A stretch of 64,000 nucleotides of DNA, taken from contig NC_087437.1 in the NCBI RefSeq assembly GCF_036321535.1, forward strand, positions 91,266,001-91,330,000. The letters are read 5' to 3'. How positions within the stretch are numbered: position 1 is the first letter of the stretch; each line of letters opens with the position of its first letter. Below, in pieces: positions 25,093-35,370 of the stretch. The notes beneath the pieces are model-generated. The model saw nothing but the letters and a program-made list of their open reading frames with translations. It ran no database searches and was not told where the DNA came from. The DNA comes from Camelus dromedarius. Taxonomy: Eukaryota. The position numbers and the translations under genes are program-made.

Positions 25093-26504
25093 ATTCCCTT
25101 TCTTTATTTCTGACTTGAGAGTCCTAACTGTTGGTTGGTTTCTGTTAGTAAGACCTTTTAGCAGTCTCATTAAGCGTCATCCCTCACCCTAGATCGTATC
25201 AGCGAAAAAGGTGATATTTTGATTTCTATGTGTCTTACTTCTTGTCTTATTGGTTACATTAAGTTGACAGATTGCTTTAATTAGGCTCTATAAGACACTC
25301 CATGGTCTGGCTCCTGATCTAGGAATATTGGGAAATAAAGCAGGGAGTGGAATATGCAGACCCAAATAATAAATGGTGGGGGTTTCGATGGAGCCCCTGG
25401 GCTCCACAACCTTTGAACTTAATTATTTTGTATGAGTTCATTGTAAGGCTGAGTTTAGGGCAAATGCTCTTCACAACCTTTACAGGCATTGGTAGATTTA
25501 ACATTTTTACTCAGTCTAATGGTTTTTCTGTAAAGTCTTGATCATGAGGAAATTTTAGTCTTGGAACTGTAAGCATTGACCTTTATCCAATGCCCAGGCA
25601 ATGGTCCAGAAATTTTGTGTCTTGTCTGCCTTGGCATCATCCTGAGGCCTTCCTAATCCACCCTTTGTTAATTATCCTTGTGAGTATCTGAGATCAATAT
25701 TACGACTTTACGCTCAGAAACATATTACTTAAAAATAAAAGGTAACAGGTGATGCTACCAGTTGGAGACGGAATGTCCACTGAAAGAGACAGAGAAAGCT
25801 AGCTGACTTCATAACAATCTCATGGCCAGTATATTTACAGAATACTTCTTTTGTAACTTGTAATTAAGCATGGCGCAAAGAAGTAGAGCAAAATATAGAG
25901 AGATTATACGATACTTGAGATAAATCAAGAGTAGCAGCTAAGGAAATAGTTTTAAAACTAAAGTGGCACAGGCAAGGACAAATGGAGATATAAAAGAGCA
26001 CAGGGGCATACTTCAAAGGAGATTTGAAGCTTCAAAGGATAAATTAGATCTATAATCGAATAGAAATTAGAAAAGAGGAAGTATATCTAAGAAAACTCTG
26101 TATCAATTCTCTGTAAAGATTAGGTTACAAAGGAGGAAGTTTGACTGATTACTTGGTAAAAGAACATAGTTAGGGACCAAAGAGATCTAATTTTTACAAA
26201 AGGGATCAATTTAGGGAGAAGACTGGAATGGCAACCTTAGAGAGAGGTAGGATCCAAGAAATTAAAAATCAGAATCCTTAACCCTTAGTTCTGATATTTG
26301 AAGTGTGCTGAAAACAGCTGTCTTTAATTCAACCTGAAAGATGACCTCACCTGAACTAAACTGGGAGAAAAGTTGACTTGAAGTTATTTAGTTTATGTGA
26401 GTATTCATATATTTGCAGCAGAAATGCTAATGTGCTCTGGTATGGAATACTCCCCAGCTCCCTATGGGCCTTTCATAACATACAGTATACAAACAATATC
26501 ACAT

Positions 26505-26567
26505 TTCCATAATCCCCAAATTTTCAAATATACTTAATTCCAAGCGTGTGGAATAGGGATTATGGAA
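26505..26567. mobile_element. Internally deleted Tc/mariner-type MITE (MER46/Tigger-like)
   Basis: Perfect 12-bp inverted repeat ttccataatccc (26505-26516) / gggattatggaa (26556-26567). Confidence 0.45.
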
Positions 26568-27324
26568 CTCTTTCAAGAAGCACCCCTTCAGATCTAAGGA
26601 TGGAGAAGTCATTACACAAATAATGGGAAAACTACTTCTTACAGTTTAGGGAAACAGAAAATGTGAACAGACTCTGAGTGGTAGGGTGCGTGTTACCTGT
26701 CTCCTGAGAAAAATAGTTATGATAATTTAGGAAACCAGGATTCTATGGGATTAGAAAAACTCTGATAAGCTATGTCAAAGAGGAGCCATACTAGACAATT
26801 AAAAACTGAATCTAGGTCTAGCATGAATTTTGGTCCTGTAGGAGAGTATCACTGGAATAAGATTACCTAATCAAGGAGATTATGGTAGCCTCCACAGAGA
26901 CCATTAGAGTTACTAGAAATCCTGTAGCAAAGGTCTGGGAAGGGAGCTCCTGATGCATATTCTGCAAGCTGATTTTCTACTGGCTTAATCTCATTTTCCC
27001 TCCATTTTCTTTCCCATATATTTTATCTTTCACTTTATCTTGTATGTATTTTACCAGTTCCTCTTTACTCATAAATGAAATGATATACAACACAAATATA
27101 TCTGTATCATGGTGACAGATTCATGTTTCTAAGGAATAGATTCAATAACATCACTGTTCTGCTAAGAAATCTTTGATTGGGTACCAGTTGCTTATTCAAC
27201 AAAAAAGGTATTACAAATTTCAGTTTTTCTATTCCACAACCTCCTGAATTCACTTGAGAACCTCAGGTACTACTTTTGAAGAACACGTTGAACCTTGCTA
27301 ATAGCTTTAATAATAAGTGTTGAT

Positions 27325-27812
27325 TCATTTATTTTTTTCATTATCAATCTGTGTAAGAAACTGCTCTAATATTTGGTGACTTAAGCCAGTGGACTGTTAT
27401 TTCTCATAATTATGGATTAGGATTTGGGGCAGGGCTTCTCTGGGTGGTTATTCTGCTCCTGTGGAATCAGCTGGGAGACTAATTTGGCTTCATTCAACTG
27501 GCAGTTGGGTTAGACTTGAAGGTCCAAGAAAGCTTCACCACCGTGTTCCTCCACGTGGTCATCTTCTTTCCTCGTGGTGTCTTATTCTCTTGACCTTCTT
27601 CTTGTCTCTCTTCCCTGCATAAACAGCCTGAGTTTGCTTACAGTATGGTGGTGATTTTACAAAACAGGAGAAATGAAAGCTACCAGTCTTCTTTAAGCCT
27701 AGATTTGAAAGATACATAATACCCTTGTGCTGCTTTCTACTGCTTAGTGCGAGTCAGAATGCATGCACAGAGAAGAAGGGATTGTTAGTAGCCTTATTTA
27801 GTGGCTACCTTT
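27325..27812 (-). mobile_element. MLT1H-like MaLR LTR
   Basis: tggtgacttaagcc...ttatttctcataatt...ttggggcagggct...tcagctggg...aaggtccaaga..gcttcac. Confidence 0.75.
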
Positions 27813-27814
27813 TA

Positions 27815-28795
27815 TTCAAAAATACTTACTCACATATTTAATATGTTAGGCAAAAACAAATCAGTATTGGTGATATGGTACTGGGGACATAACGTTTGTT
27901 CAAAAATATCTATTTACATCTCTAATATGTCAGACAAACACAGCCCTTATTTCATTGAGCAATGTGTCTAATAATGAAGATTGATATTAATCAAATAAAA
28001 TCTTTAAAACATTATTCTAAATTGTTACATTAGTTATAAAGAAATACTTCAGGGAGCTCTGTGCAGCTACAACGTGGGGGCATCATTTAACTGGGGGAAA
28101 ATCAGTGAGTAATTTATGGACTGTTAATGATGGTTAAATACAAGTAACAAGATGAAGTAGTAGAAAGTGCGTGGTGAAACTGCAGACAGAGATAATATGT
28201 GCAAACACAGGTATAATAGTATATCGACATTCAGGTTGGCTAGGGCTGCTGAATTGGAAGGATTAAGAGGAGTGCCTTGAAATGAGGTTAGAGACAGTTC
28301 AGTTAGACCCAGACAGACAGTTCTGGGTCTTGCAACCCATAGCCAGGGTCTTAGTCTTTTTCTTACAGTCATGAGCTCTTAGTGGTAAAGATTGATACGA
28401 TTGTCTATGTTTAAAGTTTATACTTACTTCATAGTGCATGATGCATTGGGAGAAAGAAATGCATATGAGGAGAATATTTGTTTAAATGGATATTGCAGTA
28501 ATTCAGGCAAGAGATGCTGGTGGCTCTGTCTGGTAGTTGAAAATAACGATGGATATGGGCTCACAGATGAGAGTTTTGTTTGTTTTTTTTTAAAGTAAAA
28601 TCAACGAAACTTGGTGAAGTATTGGACAGAGTAATTAGTGAAGGAGATATATCAAGGATATCACTTTCTCAGAGTCTGAAATTTTCTTTCCTGGTTTCTG
28701 GCTTGGGAAGCTGAGTGAGTTTTTGACATATGGTTCTTCAATGCCTTTGACATTTCCAGGTTGAAATGTTAAGTAGGCTCTTGGAGATATGCGAT
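27815..28795 (-). mobile_element. L2 fragment(s)
   Basis: ttattcaaaaatacttact..., tattgcagtaattcaggcaagagatgctggtggc, ggtttctggcttggg, gacatttccaggttgaaatgttaagtaggc. Confidence 0.7.
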
Positions 28796-28804
28796 ATGCA
28801 AGGT

Positions 28805-29120
28805 AGACACTTTTCTGCTTTGAATTTTATTTATTTGACAGTTTATCTTATAAATTTGGTTCTGGATACATTATTGTATCTGCATATATATTTGTCACGT
28901 CAAGTTATTTTTGTGACACCTTAACCGTATTGCATCTTCCTAAGTACATTTTAAATTGAATTAACACAACTCCTAAAAATTACCCACAGTTTTAGCTTTC
29001 TCCTGGAATTAAGTTTTATTTATATATATATAATTCTGATCTATTTCAACACAATACTTCTTCAGAATCATACTCTACAACTTTCTCGGAGTGTGGCATT
29101 TTCTCTTCTCCAGGTTCTTC
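28805..29120 (-). other. Candidate terminal exon plus 3'UTR of an unidentified transcript
   Basis: Minus strand: tatgtttctatgtag|GAAGAACCTGGAGAAGAGAAAATG (GAA-rich); all three frames stop within 75 nt; AATAAA at 29015-29020 and 28826-28835. Confidence 0.3.
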
Positions 29121-29859
29121 CTACATAGAAACATACTTAAAAGTTATAATCGTACCATATGGAATTTATTTAAGATGTTATCTGCTCTGAGAATACAAAA
29201 AATACAAATAATATTTGTATTTGAAATGAGGGAGAAAAGGAGAATTCCTTTTCTCATCTTCAAGGAATGTTGTTCTAAGGGTGGAATTTCAAAATCTATG
29301 TTACGTAAGTGAGGTGATACATAGCTTAGCATCTGTTCCATCTGAAAGCACACTTCTCAGGTATCAGTCTCTGATGTCTGTACTTAAAATCAGGACTTAA
29401 TATAATAGTAGCAGCAAAGACATTATTCTGTGCTGTAGAAGGACAGATACATTTTGTTCCTCACAGTAACTTAAAAAGTCAAAGGAAGATTTCCTAATTA
29501 CAATGTGAACATACTTCCCAGTTTGACTCTCCTGGTTTACACTTGTGTCTGTATACTTTTTTCTAACCATTCTTTTATTCTCAGCACCACCCCTATTTAG
29601 ATAATAAACTAAATGGTCACTTTACTTAAACATCATGAATTCTCTTATATGCTTCTATTCGTGAACTTTCCAAAACCTGTCTTAAAACCATACCTCTCCT
29701 TGAATTTTCAATAATGTAAGAAATTTCATATTTTGTTAAGTGCTATGTAATGTACTCATCTGCTCTTATTAATTTATATCCTTACATCTTTTTTATTTGC
29801 CTCTTAAATGATTTTTAATTTGCCTTAAATTATTGTATTTTTAATTGTGCCTTACTCCT

Positions 29860-30110
29860 TTTTTTGTTGGTTTGCTTTTTCTCCCCATCACCAGGGTAGC
29901 ATTCTGTTCAGTCAGCTTCTATATCCTTTCACTACTTGCTTTTTCTTCTCTGGACCTTCTCCAGTACTCATTCTTCAAATGTGATGACCAAAAGTGCCTG
30001 CAGTATTCAAGGTACAGGTGCACTAAGGTTTTCTACAAGAATAGGATAAAATGGGCTCTTTTGGGTTTGCTTTTGCTTTTATGTTTGCTGGCTTCCAAGA
30101 GCTCTCCTGA
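29860..30110 (-). mobile_element. CR1/L3-type LINE remnant (RT C-terminal region)
   Basis: Minus strand reads TLVHLYLEYCRHFWSSHLKNE / LEKVQRR, like CR1 ORF2 LVRPHLEYCVQFWxPxxKKD..LERVQRR. Confidence 0.75.
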
Positions 30111-30816
30111 GGGTGTTAAGTATTGTGTTGGCTCCTTTGTCTGCTTCCACACATTGGCTTGATGTCCACGGGGAGGAACTCCAGCTTCCCACATTGATCC
30201 TCATCATATTGTCTTAAGGGTGCCCTCAGCTGCCGTTCGAAATTGGCAATTCAAATATCCCTTTTGCTGTTGCCTGAACGAAGCCCACTCTGATGCCAGG
30301 AATGTGAATGAATGAAGATGGCCAGCTTTCTTTGAAAGTTCCTACCTTTATTCTAGCCATAAGTATTTTGGAAACTAACATTTTCTACCCTAATAATTGC
30401 AATATTCAGGTGAAATGTTAATTTAATAAAAGGGAGGAAATATGTTTCAGAAAAAGTGCAGAAAGATTTCTTTGGAATTCATCCATATATATCAAACAAA
30501 TCTCTCAGTCGTTTCCTCCACTAAACCCAAATGTTTTATATTTTATTCATAGTTCAGATATATTTTTCAAAGCATTATGTATTAAACAGAGACTTAAAAA
30601 TTGTTTTCAGAAATGAAATTCACTGTTTTACTTCTTAGGCAAAAATTGCTATAGTTTGAAGGAGCATTACCTCTATGAGGTTTTTTGGTTTTTTTTTTTC
30701 CTCCCTCTTAATAATGGGAGGTTTTAAAGTTCTGTTTGAGGAGATTTTGTCAGTGTTTTACAGGCTGAAATTGCTAAGGAATAGTCTGGAGTCATTTTCT
30801 TTCAAGAGATAGGGAC

Positions 30817-30843
30817 AAAAAAAAAAAAAAAAAAAAAAAAAAA
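30817..30843 (+). repeat. A27 homopolymer
   Basis: 27 consecutive A. Confidence 0.95.
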
Positions 30844-31554
30844 CCCAGTCTGTGTGTCTTCAGTTACTAACTCAGTTTTCTGTCCAACTTTAGGAAAAGA
30901 TTTTGTACAGGTAACTGAGAATAAAGACATTAGCATTTATTGCTCTTATGTGAGATTCTTCATAAGCTAAGCAAAACTCTTCAAGAATGGTCACTTTTCA
31001 TTTTAAGGTTACAGAAAGCATGGAAACTAGGTCTTAAAAATTCAGAGAAAAATATGGGTAAATAAAAATAATGTATCCAGATTACAGTGTAATATCTACG
31101 CACAGAAATGTATAAAATTAGTAGTGATCTTTTTTTTTACAGTTGAGGATCGGTAGACACACAAGCAGGGGGCAGGGAATCTTGAGGCAAGGGGTTCAAA
31201 GAGTCTTAAGATGCAAACTCTCGTTTGAGTCTATTTACTGAAGAGTTGAGCAGTTTGACGTTCCTTTTAAAATGATTCTTTCAGGAAGCACCCTGGGTTC
31301 TCCAGAGGAGAAGTTAGACTGTCAGAGTGAGAAAATTCTTCTGGTCCAAAACTCTCCTATTTTATAGATGGAAACACTTAGTTCTGTGCTTTTATCATCA
31401 CCCACAAAGCACCAGTGGCCAGGAAGGATGCTAGGATGGGCCATACTGTGGTGAAGGAGAAGGGGGCGCTGTTCTTTGGGGGAGGGGACTTTATAGCTTA
31501 CAGACTAGCCGTGGAGACAGACACTAGAAGAGAAAGATTACTTCAGTGTTGAAC

Positions 31555-31700
31555 TGACATTATCTTTATTTTAAATATGAAAAAACTCAACAAAAAGGTA
31601 AAATTACTTGCCCAATGTCACAAAATCATGAAGTGGCTCTGCTTAGAGTGTTAAGAGTATTGAACTCCAGCTAACTGAGTCCGGAGCTCTCTGGGTCAAT
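31555..31700 (-). mobile_element. MIR SINE (another short MIR piece at about 31315-31385)
   Basis: attatctttattttaaatatgaaaaaact...aggtaaaattacttgcccaatgtcaca...ttgaactccag. Confidence 0.65.
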
Positions 31701-33249
31701 GTAATATGAGAAGGTACATCCAAGAAAATTAAAATAGAAATGTTCAAAGAGAAATCCAAATATCCCAAAGAAGAACACTGTGCAGAGCCTTTAGGAAATG
31801 TTCACAAGTCCTAGTCAGTATTGTTGGATGATGAGAAATGTTCACTTTGCCCCATACTGGCCATGGGTCATTTAACATATGTTGTAGAACTGGACGAAGC
31901 TTAAAACTATGACATTTACTTGACATAGGTGATTTAGGAAATAGCATTTTCTAAGAGGAAAAAATACAAGAAACCACAATGTTTTTAAAAGCCTGCTTTG
32001 TTTTGATTATATTATGTTTTACCTCTTGTAAAAGTAAGATGTGAGATGTACATATGACCTTTAAAAACATAAAGATAAAAAAAATTCTTTTGTTTTATCA
32101 GTTTTGGGCTAGAAAACAGAGTAATTTTTACTCTTCTGTATTTCACAGAATTCAGTTATTCCCAAATCTGTAGTTTGTCATTTGAGCCATCTGATTATCT
32201 TAGGTATTTAGCGAATGTGATATATATGAATAAATTGTAGTGTCTTCCTGATGTTTGTAGTGTGAAAGGGAGAGGATGGCGAACCTTAGAAAAAAGAATC
32301 ACATATTTTTGCTATTTTCCTGAGAATCAGTCAAGTACAGAAGAAGCTTTTGCATAGTCACAGGTTTCTTAAATATGTCCATATCTCAAACAGGACTGCC
32401 AATGTTGTGATTCATCTGAACAAAGAAATACGTTTGACCAATGAAAACCTTAGAACACTTATGAAAGAAATTTTAGGGAACCACTGAGAGAAACTACTGT
32501 GCTATTTTTAAAATTATAAATATATTATTTAATTAGCAAATGGAAAAGAAAATGCAGCCTACATCCACACCATGCAGATAACTACTTATTATTGTTTGCA
32601 TATTTCCTATCAGATTTAAGCATGTTTATTAACTAAATAGATTATATAAACTACTTTCCTCTTTCCAGAATATGGTAATGCTTTTTTCTTCAAGCATAAT
32701 TTTACACTAAGCACTTGTCTTACAGTTTTCACTAAGTACTTTTTAGTAGACAAAAGTCAGAGATCATCATTTTACTTGAATTTACTGATTTTATTAAGAA
32801 AAAGCATTTTTCTATAGGAAAAGAAGCATTTCTTAAGAAATTTTTTATATAGGTCCTTCACTCACTTTTTTTTTCTATTGGACTTTGTATATTTTTATTC
32901 AAATATTATTTTACATATTTTACATTATAACATTTTGTCTCTTTTATATGCTGATATTATTTCCACTATTTTAAAAAATTTTTCCAGGTTTGTCATCCTT
33001 CCGTTTTTGATATATGTATTTTTTTTAATTATGTAACTTTACCTCAGCTAGATGAATGAAATTTCTCCATAATTGTAGTATAATTTACTTATTTACAAAA
33101 TTACAAAATTGTATAGGTAGGGAAATCATAATATCATGGATGTAGATCATTTAAATGATTGACTCTGACTCAGCTAGCCCTCTTCCTATTTAACAAAAAG
33201 CATGATTATTTTATTCTCAAGTTGTTTATAAAAAATTATAAGCACCTAA

Positions 33250-34480
33250 CATTATATCGACATAAAACAAAAATTTATTGAAATCTCAAATAGAAAATAT
33301 TACAAAAGAAGCAGAATTTTATTATGTTAATAAAAGAGATGTTAAAGAACCTCTCAAACCATACGAAATTTTTAATTTCATCAATTGAAATTTCAATTTC
33401 CATTTTCAAATAACAAAATATTGTGTGTTTGAATACAGAACAACTTAAGCATCAAAAAATAATAACGGTCCTTAGAAAAAGTAAGGACCATTATATATAT
33501 AGCAGCTCAGAATCCTCCAGTTCAAAAAAAAACAACAATTAAAAGAAATAAATGAATCAATGGGACTGTTAACTGAATGTGAAAGCAAATAGATTCCCTC
33601 TGCTCATAATGATCTCTTTATACTGAACTCATTTCTTACTGTTATTTTTGAGTAACACAAGATGTGAACACCACATTATTGCTATGTAAAATAAATACAT
33701 TGTGTATAAAACTGAAATGCTTCTTATCTACAAATCTTAGTCCTGTACAAGTCACTATAGCTATGAGTCATATACATATTAATATATATGGTATAAACAT
33801 AACATATAAATATGCTATAATGTATAAATATAGTTTAATTATTATGCCTATTTATATTAATATACATACATAAACATATACATATGTGTATACATTTCTG
33901 GGACAATGGTTGGATTTTACATGTAAACATATGATATAATATGGAATAGTATGCAGTCATAAAAGTGAGTAAGATAGGTACGTGTGAGTTTTGAGATATC
34001 AACTATATGTTAAATAAAAAAGAAAAACAATTTGCAAGATGTTATGTAAAGTGCATTTTGTAAAAATTTTTATTAAAAATTGTGTGTGGGGGAGGTAATT
34101 AGGTTTATTTATTTGTTTATTTAGTGGAGGTACTGGGGATTGAACCCAGGACCTCATGCATGCTATGCATGTACCCTACACTGAGCTATACCCACCCCCT
34201 CAACATTTTGTAAAAATTTTTAATTAAATATACCTATACTGGCTGTGAATATGTATGCCGAGAGAAGATCTGGGAGCTGCATACTTAACTGTTAATTATG
34301 ACTTTTCAGTTTTAACTGGACCATAATGAGATATTAATAAAGAGTAGATATATTTTGAGAGAGTGATTAGCTGGTAAATAAAGTGTCTATTTCTATATCC
34401 CCATCTACACAACAGTTTTGATTTTTATAACAATCCTATTATTTTCATAATAGCCCATAAAATACAATTATTTTAAAAAT
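33250..34480 (+). mobile_element. Old L1ME-type ORF2 end / 3'UTR, highly degraded
   Basis: atggaatagtatgcagtcataaaa...tatatgttaaataaaaaag; A-rich sense-strand L1 composition. Confidence 0.45.
34073..34203 (-). mobile_element. Vic-1-type tRNA-derived SINE (camelid)
   Basis: Minus strand gggggtgggtatagctcagtgta...gaggtcctgggttcaatccccagtacctcc..aaataaataaacctaattacctcccc; A box 34179-34188, B box 34137-34146; flanking direct repeat cattttgtaaaaattttta at 34054-34072 and 34204-34222. Confidence 0.9.
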
Positions 34481-34993
34481 ATAAAAATTACTTGATTCTC
34501 TTTTAGCAGGTCATGTGCACTTAATTTTTTCAACAGGGGGCTTTTTTAGATAGAAATTCCTAACTTTGATTTGGTTTTTGGTTTTGGAATTGTGAATATC
34601 TGGGTCATATACATTATCTTTTATTGACTTTATTAAATTTTATTAAATTTATCTTTGATTAACGTTCATTAATTGCATTAATTCTAACTTCTACCTTTCC
34701 TTTTTCATCCATATGGAGTCTATCTTTATATATATATTACTAGCTGAAAATTCAGTTTTACGCTTCTGTGTATAATTTGTGAGTTTCCTGAAACCATTTT
34801 CTGCTCTGTCTGTGTCTTTATCTCTCTGTCTTTCTCTCTCCCCTGCCTTTGTCTTCACTTTGTGGTATTTTGTAGTATCCAGTAAGCAAGTTGTCTATCT
34901 TTGGTCCTTTTTTTTTTTTGTCTTTTCCTTCATGTTGGCATACCTCTTCATGGTAATGTATTCTTTTAAATGAATATCAAAATGCTTGAACTG

Positions 34994-35370
34994 TCTCACT
35001 AAGTGAAGTAAGCCAGAAAGAGAAAGAAAAATACCGTAAAATATCACTTATATGTGGAATCTAAAAAAGTGATGCAAATGAACTTATTTACAAAACAGAA
35101 ACAGACATGGAAAACAAACTTATGGTTGCCAGGGTAAGGCAGGGGACTAGATGATAAATTGGGAGTTTGAGATTTGCAGATACTAACTACTATATATGAA
35201 ACAGATAAACAACAAGGCCCTACTGTATAGAACAGGGAATTATATTCAATACCTTGTAATAGCCAAAATGAAAAATAATATGAAAAGGAATATATGTATA
35301 TATATAAATGGATCACTGTGCTGTATACCAGAAATTAACACATTGTAAACTGACTATACTTCAATTTAAA
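34994..35370 (+). mobile_element. Young artiodactyl-type L1 3' end with TSD
   Basis: ctaagtgaagtaagccagaaagagaaag...gtaaactgactatacttcaatttaaaaaa; perfect 15-bp TSD aaaatgcttgaactg at 34979-34993 and 35371-35385. Confidence 0.92.

Noticed and set aside
25389..25406. 8-bp inverted repeat tggagccc-ct-gggctcca
   Set aside because: Short enough to occur by chance in 64 kb; no supporting context
34073..34203. tRNA gene
   Set aside because: Has A/B boxes but no full cloverleaf; AT-rich tail and TSD show it is a SINE
35044..35316. ORFs 35044..35316, 39029..39295 and 53509..53733
   Set aside because: All are readings of L1 3' end sequence
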